Positions 1-9,033 of a DNA stretch of 37,268 bases are shown here, one piece after another (the first letter of the stretch is position 1; each line of letters starts with the position of its first letter). The notes under the pieces were generated by a model that made no database searches, was not told the origin of the DNA, and was given only the letters and a program-made list of their open reading frames with translations. This DNA is from an uncultured Candidatus Bathyarchaeia archaeon (GTDB lineage Archaea; Thermoproteota; Bathyarchaeia; TCS64), in contig CAZEMD010000002.1 of NCBI GenBank assembly GCA_964513225.1, positions 1-37,268 of the forward strand, written 5' to 3'. The position numbers and the translations under genes are program-made.

Positions 1-358
1 GGTTTGAGGAGCCGAGCGTTGGGCAGCTCAGGGATTTGATTGGGAGGATCGATGGGGCGTTGGGGCCTTTGGGGTGTCTCTACTCTATCACCACCAGGTA
101 GTTTATTCTGTTGGTGGTTTGTGGCGTGGCTGTTCTGGGGTTGCGTGTGCGTTTTTTCCTTATAATTGGTTACCTATTATAAGCGTTTTTTCTGGGGGTG
201 GTTGCGTGTATGTGTTAGGTTTGCCGGTTCTCGTGTCTGTGGTTTATGTGTTGTTTTGTCTTTGTTGTGAAGTTGTGTTTTTCGTTGAAGGGCTTGTTAA
301 CTGTTTTTGGTTATTGTTATTGGTGTCCAGTGGTTGGGCGGCGTCTGGTGGTCGTGTT

Positions 359-1216
359 TTAGGGGTGAGACGGCCGCGTGGGTTGCGGCGGTGACGCGGT
401 GAGCTTCTCCGTTATGCCGTCGTAGGTCTTCATGGCCTTGACGCCTTGGTCGGTGATGTTGTAGATGTACCGGGCGGATGATTTCTTCTGTTTCCGGAGG
501 TAGCCTTTGGTCACGAGGTTGGTCACCATCTCCTTGCCCCGCTTCCACGGCAGAGCCACCCTGTGGACTATCCTGTTGAGCACCGTCTCGCCGTTGTAAA
601 CGGCCACGAGTATGCCGTAGTAGTTGTCCATGGTGGACCGGTTCTTCACGCTGTAGCGTTCCCACGGCTTGGCCGTGGGCGCCTCCACTCGGATCCTGTG
701 CACGGCCTCCGCGATCTCCCTTGTGAAGGCCTCGGCTAGCCTCTTGTCTTCCTCGGTGAAGCGGCCGGGTCGGCGGCACTCAAGGTTGATGGTGCCGAGG
801 ACTTCGTCCTCGTGGATGAGTGGGACGCATAGCTCGGAGAGCATGGTGACGGCGTTGCGGCCGTCGCCCGGGAAGTAGTCGGGGTCGCGTCGGGTGTCGT
901 TGACGAGCTGTGTCTCCTTGGTCTTGGCCGCCCGGGCGTTTATGGTGGGCCATTCCAGGTTCAGGTCCATGACGACCCTTGGACCTATGGTGGTGACGGA
1001 TTTGAGGATGTTGTCCTCGATGAACGCCAGCGCGATCTTGTCTGTTGGCACTACGGAGTGCATCATGGTGGTGGCGAACATGGCCACGTCTTCTAAGATG
1101 TGATACTGGGCCAGCGTGTACCGCATGAAGCTCAGCTTGGCCCCGATACCACCTTTCTCGCGTGATATCATATGGGACGGTGTAGAATGAAGGGCTGGTG
1201 GACATATAAGAGTCAA
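359..1216 (-). CDS. GAF-domain protein with C-terminal winged-helix domain (putative sensor/regulator)
   Basis: 285-aa ORF. The core ...ELCVPLIHEDEVLGTINLECRRPGRFTEED... is GAF-like. The C-terminal ...MVTNLVTKGYLRKQKKSSARYIYNITDQGVKAM resembles a PadR/MarR-type wHTH. Start is uncertain: alternative in-frame ATGs lie at 1171 and 1126. Confidence 0.6.
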   Translation of the reverse strand: MTLICPPALHSTPSHMISREKGGIGAKLSFMRYTLAQYHILEDVAMFATTMMHSVVPTDKIALAFIEDNILKSVTTIGPRVVMDLNLEWPTINARAAKTKETQLVNDTRRDPDYFPGDGRNAVTMLSELCVPLIHEDEVLGTINLECRRPGRFTEEDKRLAEAFTREIAEAVHRIRVEAPTAKPWERYSVKNRSTMDNYYGILVAVYNGETVLNRIVHRVALPWKRGKEMVTNLVTKGYLRKQKKSSARYIYNITDQGVKAMKTYDGITEKLTASPPQPTRPSHP

Positions 1217-1345
1217 TGTGTCGCGTGTCCCTACAAGTCAGGGGTTGGTTGGGGTGGTGAGCGGTGTTCAGCCGTTCTCTCCGCGGCGAACATGTCATGT
1301 TCACCCGAACCATGAAATACGCAGGTGACCGTTTATCTTAGACAG

Positions 1346-2134
1346 ATGGTTATGCCTTTCAAGGACCTGATCGTTAGGAGGGAGGGCAGGAGGCTTCTTG
1401 TCGAGATAAACAGGCCGGAGGTGCTCAACGCGCTCCGGGGGGAGACCTTCCTGGAGCTGGAGCAGGCGCTTGAGATGTTGGAGGGCGCGGACGACGTCTG
1501 GGCGATGATCATCACGGGGGCGGGGGACAGGGCGTTCTCGGCGGGGGGAGACATCAAGGCCCTCGCCGGGATGGGGCCGGGTGACGCGGCCAGCTTCGCC
1601 GCCATGACTCACAGGGTCCTAGACAGGATGGATAGCATCCCCAAGCCCATCGTCGCGGCCGTCAACGGGTACGCCCTGGGGGCGGGATGCGATCTGGCCA
1701 TCGCGTGCGACCTGGTGGTTGCGTCCGAGAGGGCGCGGTTCGGCGAGCCCACCGCGGGCCTGGGGATAACGACGCCGTTCGGCGGCAGCCAGAGGCTTCC
1801 TAGGATCGTGGGCCCCAAGAGAGCCAAGGAGCTGTTCTTCACCGGCGAGACCATAGACGCCGAGGAGGCGCACAGGATCGGCCTGGTGAACAGGGTCGTA
1901 GGACACATGGAGCTGGTGTCGGAGGCGGGGAGGCTGGTGGACAAGATTCTTGAAAGGGCTCCCATAGCCGTGGGCTACTATAAACGGCTCGTGAATCTCA
2001 GCGTCTCCGGTGGCCTAGTTGAAGGCGACGAGCTGGAGCAGGAGCTCTTCGCGAGGTGCTTCGAGACCATGGACAAGGATGAGGGCGTAGCCGCTTTCCT
2101 GGAGAAGAGGAAGCCGGTGTTCAGAGGCAGGTAA
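1346..2134 (+). CDS. enoyl-CoA hydratase/isomerase (crotonase) family protein
   Basis: The frame is open from GTG 1325. ATG 1346 gives MVMPFKDLIVRREGRRLLVEINRPEVLNAL...ITGAGDRAFSAGGDIK...AAVNGYALGAGCDLA, which are classic crotonase-fold motifs. Confidence 0.9.
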   Translation: MVMPFKDLIVRREGRRLLVEINRPEVLNALRGETFLELEQALEMLEGADDVWAMIITGAGDRAFSAGGDIKALAGMGPGDAASFAAMTHRVLDRMDSIPKPIVAAVNGYALGAGCDLAIACDLVVASERARFGEPTAGLGITTPFGGSQRLPRIVGPKRAKELFFTGETIDAEEAHRIGLVNRVVGHMELVSEAGRLVDKILERAPIAVGYYKRLVNLSVSGGLVEGDELEQELFARCFETMDKDEGVAAFLEKRKPVFRGR

Positions 2135-2843
2135 CTGGGTTCATCTTAGGGGTAGCCTCGACGGAGGAACCCCGGCGTGTACATGCGTGACGCTGCCTCT
2201 TGGGTTCAAAGGTAGCCGTGGCGTTGCCCTGATAGTAAACGGTTTCACTGGATACTGGTTTGGAGTATTTTGAGGGTGTTAGGTTCTCCTCTCTCGTGTG
2301 ATTCGTCTGCGCAGCTCGGTGATTACCTCTTCCTCGGTCATGTCGGGGTTTTCCGCCCTTATTCCCTCGGCGCATATCTCCGTCACCGCTTCGGTCATCT
2401 CCATCGTGAGCCTCGTTTTTTCTTCGGGAGACAGCCGGAGGTCGTTCAAAGGGTCTCAAGTTGTTTCTGGTGTTTTTATTGCTTTAAGTGTTGTTGAGCC
2501 TTTCTCGAGGTTAAACTTATGATCCGGAGTGGTTGAAGACCACATCGGTGTCTCCAGGGACAGGAAGGCGGAGACGGGTGGTGGCGGGGGCTAGGCCGGG
2601 GCAAGTGAAGGCATTGAGTCCACCTGAGCCTTGTATCCATAAAACGGTTGATGAGAGCAGGCTCTATCTTCTCCTTCATTCCCCTCATCCGTTCCATCAT
2701 TTTGCTGTATCCTACATCTGTTGAAGAAGTAGAAATATAGACTTAGGTCTTAGACTTGAAACCACCGAGACGCATAATCTACAGTGAAGTGATGATAAAA
2801 TCATCGAACCTGAATGACAAGTATCTGCACGAGCAGAATATGG

Positions 2844-3281
2844 TTAGATCGAGCTTATGTCCATCTTAACTTTGATGCCTTTGACCAGGCTTCTTATTAC
2901 GAAACACATGTTGTCCTCATGTTCCTTGAGTACCTCCTTGAACTCTTCAAGATGCTCCTCTGGGACATCTACTTGCACCTTCACGTCGAGGGACTCGACC
3001 ACTCTGCGGCCCTTCTCATCCTCACCGTTTCTCCATGTAACCGATGATTTGAGGCCATTGTACCGTGCACCGGGTTTCCGGAGGTTCAGCTCATACAACG
3101 TTGATCCTGAGGCGCAGCAGACCGCGGCCGCGGCCAACAGTGTTCTACAGGAGAAGTCAGAGTTCAGCCAGTCGTGGATATGGAGGTTTGTCATGTCTTT
3201 GTTGTTGAAGTTGATCATGAAGTCTCCGTTCTCAAGCTGCGTCAGTTCGACTCTATCGTTTGACATGAACTGGTTAAGCAT
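2844..3281 (-). CDS. OsmC/Ohr family protein
   Basis: 145-aa ORF with ...FSCRTLLAAAAVCCASGSTLYEL... and a later ...NMCFVIRSL segment, matching the two-Cys OsmC layout. It sits in an AT-rich kb. Confidence 0.65.
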   Translation of the reverse strand: MLNQFMSNDRVELTQLENGDFMINFNNKDMTNLHIHDWLNSDFSCRTLLAAAAVCCASGSTLYELNLRKPGARYNGLKSSVTWRNGEDEKGRRVVESLDVKVQVDVPEEHLEEFKEVLKEHEDNMCFVIRSLVKGIKVKMDISSI

Positions 3282-3446
3282 CCAATATCTGATAAAATTA
3301 TGGATACAATTAGCGTATTTCGCCCTTGGTAAACCGTTAAATATCCATTGCAGCCAAATATGCTTGGGTTCTAGGGTTAAAGTTTAACCGTGAACCTAGC
3401 TCCAAAAGTTGAGGAGCAATAGAAAAACAGAGTTGAGACACAAGAA

Positions 3447-3707
3447 ATGATATTGATAACATATTTCGACTGGTTTGGAACCCCGGCAGACTTTAAAAAA
3501 CTCGACGACGCATGGCACAAGGTCTGTAACGAGACCAAGGGCATCAAATCCACTAAACTCTACACTTCTCATCAAGCGCGATACCACTATGCTTGGATAA
3601 CTGAGGCCGATTCCTATGAGGCGCTGATGGAGGCAAACTCGAAGATGCCTCAAAGAGACAGAAACGCGATGACTCACGCGATCATAGAAGTATTCACCGA
3701 GATGTAA
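3447..3707 (+). CDS. hypothetical small protein (86 aa)
   Basis: Clean ORF with non-repetitive composition in an AT-rich segment. No family recognised. Confidence 0.4.
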   Translation: MILITYFDWFGTPADFKKLDDAWHKVCNETKGIKSTKLYTSHQARYHYAWITEADSYEALMEANSKMPQRDRNAMTHAIIEVFTEM

Positions 3708-3902
3708 ACAAGAACTCCACACCGATCCCATTTCTTTTCTTTAAACCACTCATACGCCGAATCTACGAGGAAGTGAGGATAAAATCATCGATATACGGAT
3801 GTATCAAGTGATTTGGTTAAACCGTGAAATTATGGAATATGGTTTTCCGCGCTTACTAGAAGGCGCAAGGGAATTAATACTGGGTCAATAGGGTAAGAAT
3901 AG

Positions 3903-5633
3903 GTGTCTGGTTTGTCTCGTTTCGATCTGCTGATCAAGAACGGCACCATCATCGACGGCTCCGGGTCGACTATGTTTAAGGGCGACGTCGGGGTCTCCGA
4001 TGGCAGGATAGCGGAGACGGGTGACCTCGCGGGTGAGGACGGGGCCACGGTCATCGACGCGACCGGGAGGTACGTTGCGCCGGGGTTCATCGACAACCAC
4101 GCCCACTCGGACTGGACCATCCTCGTCCACCCCACAGGCGACAGCAAGGTGATGCAGGGCGTGACCACCGAGCTTGGCGGGCTATGCGGCTACGCGGCGG
4201 CGCCCATCGACCGCGAAGAGTGGTGGAGGCTGCTGTACGTCAGGATGACGGTGGGGTGGAGCATGCACTACTCGGCTGCCGCCTACAACACGTGGCCCCT
4301 GCCCTACGGCAGACAGGTCGACGTGGACTGGTCGTCCCTCGGCGAGTACCTGGACAGGCTGGAGAAGACGGGGGTGGGGCTAAACTACGGTATGATGTTT
4401 GGCCACGGGTCCGTCAGGTACTACGTCATGGGGCTGGAGGCCAGGAGGGCGGAGAGGCGTGAGCTGGATGAGATGAAGGAGGTGGCCAGGCAGGCCATGG
4501 AGGACGGCGGCTTCGGCATGTCCGCGGGGCTCTCGGGGTGCCCGGGGTGCTGGGCCGACAGCGAGGAGCTTGTGGAGCTGTGCAGGGTGGTGGAGGGCTA
4601 CGACGGCGTCTACATGCCTCACATGAGGAACTCGTATCTCAGGTCGTCGGTCGAGGAGACCATCAAGATCGCGGAGAGGTCCGGCGTGCGCACCTGTATG
4701 TCCCACACCCGCCTCAACGCCGAGACGAGGAGGCTGGTGGACGAGGCTAGGGCCAGGGGCGTCGAGATATCCTTCGACATGTACACGTACCCGGGGTCCA
4801 TAGCGGGGAACATCGTCTACATGCTCCCCCACTGGCTTAGCCGGCGTAGGGAGGAGGGGTTCGGCTGGATAGTGGAGCGGCTCAGGGATCCCGAGGTCCG
4901 CAGAAGGTTCGTGGAGGAGGACTACCCAGAGTGGCGGAGCATCCAGGCCAGCGTCCCGGGGAAGCCGCAGCACCGTTGGGGCGCCGACGAGCTGGAGCCT
5001 TCGTGGTCCAGTATGCAGGTCCAGCAGGTGTGGACCGCCGGCAACAGGCGATACGTCGGGATGACGTTCAGCGAGATCGCGGAGAGCAGGGGGGTGGACC
5101 CGTGGACCGCGTGGTTCGACATGATGGTGGAGGAGGGAGGCTACCTCAGGTGGCTCAACTTCAGGGGCACGTCCTACGAGGACATGTACAGCCCCAGCCT
5201 CGTCGAGCAGCTGAAGGTGCCGTACGTCTCCATAGAGTCCGACGCCCCCATCGAGTCTCCCCGGGGAGTCACGGCCATCTCAGCCGACCCCCGGGCTTAT
5301 GGCACTTTCCCGCTGGCCTTGGGCGAGTACGTGAGGGAGAGGGGGATACTGTCTTGGGAGGACGCCGTCAGGAAGATGACGAGCAACCCGGCCGCGACGA
5401 TGGGCCTCAAGGACCGGGGGCTCCTCAGGAAGGGCTACTGGGCCGATATAGTCGTCTTCGACCCCGAGACCATATCTCACAGGGCCAACTTCAGGAACTG
5501 CCTCGAGCTCTCCCAAGGCATCAACCACGACATCTACCCCGTCGGCTTAGACTACACTATAGTCAACGGCACCATCGTCGTGGAGAAGGGGCTGCTGACA
5601 GGGGCGAGACCGGGACACGTGTTAAGGTACTGA
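3903..5633 (+). CDS. N-acyl-D-amino-acid deacylase (D-aminoacylase) family amidohydrolase
   Basis: GTG start. The N-terminus FDLLIKNGTIIDGSG...GDVGVSDGRIAETGDL...VIDATGRYVAPGFIDNHAHSDW carries the amidohydrolase HxH metal site. The 576-aa length and C-terminal ...ADIVVFDPETI... fit the D-aminoacylase family. Confidence 0.85.
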   Translation: MSGLSRFDLLIKNGTIIDGSGSTMFKGDVGVSDGRIAETGDLAGEDGATVIDATGRYVAPGFIDNHAHSDWTILVHPTGDSKVMQGVTTELGGLCGYAAAPIDREEWWRLLYVRMTVGWSMHYSAAAYNTWPLPYGRQVDVDWSSLGEYLDRLEKTGVGLNYGMMFGHGSVRYYVMGLEARRAERRELDEMKEVARQAMEDGGFGMSAGLSGCPGCWADSEELVELCRVVEGYDGVYMPHMRNSYLRSSVEETIKIAERSGVRTCMSHTRLNAETRRLVDEARARGVEISFDMYTYPGSIAGNIVYMLPHWLSRRREEGFGWIVERLRDPEVRRRFVEEDYPEWRSIQASVPGKPQHRWGADELEPSWSSMQVQQVWTAGNRRYVGMTFSEIAESRGVDPWTAWFDMMVEEGGYLRWLNFRGTSYEDMYSPSLVEQLKVPYVSIESDAPIESPRGVTAISADPRAYGTFPLALGEYVRERGILSWEDAVRKMTSNPAATMGLKDRGLLRKGYWADIVVFDPETISHRANFRNCLELSQGINHDIYPVGLDYTIVNGTIVVEKGLLTGARPGHVLRY

Positions 5634-5809
5634 TCCCCAATTAAGCGGGGACATAATCGGGCGATGCGGAAAGGCGTGGCGGAGAGGTGGATGTACCTGA
5701 ATCAGGAGAGATTGCTGAAGTACATACCTAGATTTAGCCTCTCCGAGGTTGAAGGACTATCGCCATTGATAAAGTTATACAAAATGGTTCGCGCACCCGA
5801 GGTTCGCAT

Positions 5810-7144
5810 TTATGCTAGGGCGCCCATGGGGTCCCATGGGTCTAGCTCGATGGGCTTTGTCTCCAGCACGGGTAGCAGTTCTTCCGGGAGGTGTTCTCGG
5901 TCTACCAGTACCTCGTACAGGTACTCCTTGAACCATGGCGTGGTCATCGTGTAGAAGCCTTTGTCCCCTGGCTCGGTTCCCCAGCTGTTCTCCACCCTCC
6001 ACCGGTTAGGGTTGCCTTCGGGGTCGAGGTTGACGCCGGTGAAGACCATGGCGTGGGTCATCTTGCTGTAGCCGTAGTCCAGCCTCTCGGCCTTGTCCAG
6101 CCTGTGGGTTGTCCCGTATAGTGTGTCATGGTCGTAGATGTCGGTGTCGAAGACGCCTAGGTCGCGGTTTCTGGCTTTCCCCGCGTCGGCTCCGAACCAT
6201 ACTGGGATCCCTTCGGTGACCATTTGTTTGGCTGCGTCTATCATTGTCTCGGAGGGCACGTTTAGGTAGCGGACCGGTTTGCCGCCTACCACGTTGCCGA
6301 GGTACTTGACCGTGTACATTCTGTTGTATGGTTTGTCGTCGGTGGGGGCGTTGATGAGGCAGACGTATCTGTCTAGGTCTAGGCCGACGTGGCTCTGGTA
6401 GAACTCCTGTGGGGTCAGGGGGTCTGTGCGTTGGTATTGGTCTTCTCTGTCTCTCCACTCCATGGTGAAGCGTGTGGGGGGCGTGCCCAGGTGTATTCGG
6501 AGCATCCTGTAGTACTCGTTGAGCATCTCGTGTTTTGCTTCTCGGAGCTTCTCCGGGGGTTGCCCCTTGTGGTGCATGTTTCGGAGGTCTTTCGCGTATT
6601 CCCTGAGCTTTGCCTGTAGGTTGAGGTTCATGGCTCTGCTCGCCATGCTGCTCTTGGTCTCGGGCATTTTTTTCTTCGGGGCTACGCCGTATTTTTTTAC
6701 GAGGTTTGCGAACATGTCCCATTGGCCGGCGTCGGGTATCATGTTGTTCAGCAGCCACATTACTATCCTGCTGTCCAGCTTCATTTCCCGGGTCTCGATG
6801 ATTTTTTCGAGGAGCCAGTTGCCTTTCTCGAGTTTATCGTAGAACATGAGGTAGGGCTGGCTTAGCTCGAAGTCGTCGAGGTTTAGTTTTTTCATGGCGT
6901 ATATGCGGAACATGTTGAGGCCCGCGAAGACCCAGCAGCGGCCTGTGTTTCCCTGGGCGGTCACCTTGCCGGTCTTTATCATGTGGCTGTAGGTGTGGTC
7001 TATCCGGGTTACGGCTTCCCTGGATAGCGCCGCCTCTGCCGCGTCGCCCTTGGTGACGGCGTTGAGGGCCAGGAGGTTCCTGGGGTCTGCCTCGAAGTCC
7101 CTGCCATACTTCTCTATGTCATCTATCTTGATAGATTCGCTCAT
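5810..7144 (-). CDS. pepC: aminopeptidase C / bleomycin hydrolase (peptidase C1B)
   Basis: 444 aa. Catalytic Cys motif QGNTGRCWVFAGLNMFR. The C-terminal tail ...DPWDPMGALA is characteristic of the PepC/bleomycin hydrolase family. Confidence 0.9.
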   Translation of the reverse strand: MSESIKIDDIEKYGRDFEADPRNLLALNAVTKGDAAEAALSREAVTRIDHTYSHMIKTGKVTAQGNTGRCWVFAGLNMFRIYAMKKLNLDDFELSQPYLMFYDKLEKGNWLLEKIIETREMKLDSRIVMWLLNNMIPDAGQWDMFANLVKKYGVAPKKKMPETKSSMASRAMNLNLQAKLREYAKDLRNMHHKGQPPEKLREAKHEMLNEYYRMLRIHLGTPPTRFTMEWRDREDQYQRTDPLTPQEFYQSHVGLDLDRYVCLINAPTDDKPYNRMYTVKYLGNVVGGKPVRYLNVPSETMIDAAKQMVTEGIPVWFGADAGKARNRDLGVFDTDIYDHDTLYGTTHRLDKAERLDYGYSKMTHAMVFTGVNLDPEGNPNRWRVENSWGTEPGDKGFYTMTTPWFKEYLYEVLVDREHLPEELLPVLETKPIELDPWDPMGALA

Positions 7145-7284
7145 TGAAGATCAAAGGGTGAATCCGTTGCTAGGGGTAAAAAAGTATGCATGGCGTCGGG
7201 GTGCGCGCATGTTTCGCCACTTATCTCGCGCGCATATACTTTTCGGGGCGTTAAAGTGGGGAATCGTTGGGGGGGGGGTATGTT

Positions 7285-8727
7285 CTATTTTTTACCCGTG
7301 TAGAACTCTGCGAGTTCTCTGGCTCTCTCCAACGGCGCTTCCACCGTCGGGTCTTTCCGGTATTCCTTGCCCCTCAGTCGTTTCTGGTGTTCTTCCTGGG
7401 CTCGTTTAACCAGTTCCGGGTCTTGGAGTAGGTCTAGCACGGATCCGGCCATGGTTTTTGCCGCGAAGATGAGGCATCTGTGGCCGACGCTGGTTCCGCT
7501 GCATGCGGTTATCTGCCAGCTGTGGCCGGGTGACCCGTTGACGTTGCAGGCGGTTCTGAACTCCATAGTTGGGGTGATCCAGCTGACATCGGCTACGTCG
7601 GTGCTGCCGGGGCTGGTGGTGCCGTCGTCCCACGCGTCATAGATGGTGGTGACGAGGTCCACGTCCACGATCTTCTCCCAGTCGGGCACCTTTTTCTTCC
7701 TCAGTCCGTTTGCCCTGTCTTCCCGTGGGATGGTTTCGGCGATCTTGGCCGCGAAGGCGAGGTCCTCGTCGGAGTATTCCGGTGGGCCCACCTGCCGCAT
7801 GTTCGAGGTGACGGTCTCGCTGAGCACACTGTTGGGTATCTTGTGGTACCCTCCCCAGCTCATCTCGGCTTCGAGGCGCGTCTCGGTCATCATGGCCGCT
7901 CCTTCGGCGATCTTCATTACCCGTTTCTTGATGGGCTCCAGTTGTTCCTGTTCGGGGGCCCTGATGTAGTAGTGGCTGCGTGCGTAGTCGGGGACCACGT
8001 TGGGTTGGCCGCCGCCTGCCTCTATTACGTAGTGGATGCGGGCCTCGGGGATTATGTGTTCCCGGAGGAAGTTGACGCCGATGTTCATGAGCTCCACGGC
8101 GTCCAGGGCGCTGCGGCCCATCTCGGGGTTGCCGGCGGCGTGGCTGCTTCTGCCGTGGAAGTGGAATCTGCAGCCGCTGATTACGTTGCTGCTTGCCAGG
8201 GTGGCGACGTTGAGGGTTCCTGGGTGGTGGCTGAGGGCGGCGTCCACGTCGTCGAATAGGCCGTGGTTCACCATTATCCTTTTTCCGCTGAAGTTCTCCT
8301 CGGCGGGGGTCCCGTAGAACCTTATGGTGCCGGGTATGTCGTGTTTCTCCATTGCAGTGGCGGCGGCGAGGGCGGCTCCCAGGGCGGTGGTGCCGTGGAT
8401 GTTGTGGCCGCACCCGTGGCCCATGCCGCCTTCCACCAGGGGCTCTTTCCGGGGGAGCCTCTTGTTGCTCAGGTTGGGCAGGGCGTCGTACTCGCCCATG
8501 ACGGCGATTATGGGTCTGCCTTCGCCTCGTTCGGCGAGGATGGCAGTGGGCATCCCTGCTACGCCGTGTCGTACCTTGAACCCGTGTTCCCGCAGGGTGT
8601 CGGCGTGTAGCTTGCTCGACTTGTCTTCGCAGAGGCCGTACTCGGCGTACTCCCAGATCTTGTCGCTGACGCCTGTAAGGAGGTCGTGGTTCGTGTCTAT
8701 CCAGCTCCAAGCTGTTTCCTTAAACAT
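7285..8727 (-). CDS. M20-family amidohydrolase (AbgB / aminobenzoyl-glutamate hydrolase subunit B-like)
   Basis: 480 aa. Has ...GGMGHGCGHNIHGTTALGAALA..., GTPAEENFSGK and a dimerisation-domain-length insert typical of M20D amidohydrolases. Confidence 0.85.
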   Translation of the reverse strand: MFKETAWSWIDTNHDLLTGVSDKIWEYAEYGLCEDKSSKLHADTLREHGFKVRHGVAGMPTAILAERGEGRPIIAVMGEYDALPNLSNKRLPRKEPLVEGGMGHGCGHNIHGTTALGAALAAATAMEKHDIPGTIRFYGTPAEENFSGKRIMVNHGLFDDVDAALSHHPGTLNVATLASSNVISGCRFHFHGRSSHAAGNPEMGRSALDAVELMNIGVNFLREHIIPEARIHYVIEAGGGQPNVVPDYARSHYYIRAPEQEQLEPIKKRVMKIAEGAAMMTETRLEAEMSWGGYHKIPNSVLSETVTSNMRQVGPPEYSDEDLAFAAKIAETIPREDRANGLRKKKVPDWEKIVDVDLVTTIYDAWDDGTTSPGSTDVADVSWITPTMEFRTACNVNGSPGHSWQITACSGTSVGHRCLIFAAKTMAGSVLDLLQDPELVKRAQEEHQKRLRGKEYRKDPTVEAPLERARELAEFYTGKK

Positions 8728-9033
8728 AACAACCAGGTATACAAACCCAGTAGAGGTATAAATACTAGAAACAAGCTCAAACTATATTATCTCGGAAGCT
8801 AATGAGCCATTTTCATCTCTCTCATTTATCACTATTTTAGATTTTGAAGCTTGTTTGTATAGTAAGGCGTTCGTCAGTTCGTTCAGGTGGGATTATCGAA
8901 AACTACGATAATCATGGTGGATACAGTGCCTAGGAGAGATATGAAAATGCCATACAGATTAGGCGGAGTTCTGCTGACTCGAATGGAAAGCCAGAGCTTA
9001 ACTGGGTCGGTTGAGACCTGCGGTTGACTAGAT

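Noticed and set aside
74-394. 106-aa ORF in the G+T-rich tract at the left edge
   Set aside because: V/G/L/C-rich translation of a compositionally skewed non-coding tract, with no motifs.
2279-2700. Short minus-strand ORFs. One is a possible 56-codon TTG-start ORF at 2279..2449 (NDLRLSPEEKTRLTMEMTEAVTEICAEGIRAENPDMTEEEVITELRRRI). The other is a frame-switching ORF from 2700 (MMERMRGMKEKIEPALINRF...)
   Set aside because: They look like coding remnants, possibly a small antitoxin-like helical protein and a frameshifted partner. They are too short or disrupted to call, and no family was confidently recognised.
2788-2830. Possible C/D-box sRNA (GTGATGA C box followed by CTGA)
   Set aside because: There are no convincing C' or terminal D boxes, no terminal stem, and the second copy of the repeat lacks the C box.
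7637-8710. Long R/P/G-rich ORFs antisense to or out of frame with good genes. Examples: 7637..8710 (357 aa), 297..779, 780..1313, 4380..4973, 4931..5644, 6126..6758, 16550..17083, 18105..18779, 19682..20107, 19733..20338
   Set aside because: These are typical shadow ORFs of GC-rich coding regions. Each overlaps a gene with clear family motifs, and their composition (Arg/Pro/Gly runs) is non-protein-like.
8891-8913. 8-bp perfect inverted repeat GATTATCG-N7-CGATAATC followed by a 38-codon ORF
   Set aside because: An isolated hairpin in an AT-rich intergenic region. The ORF is too short and featureless to support.
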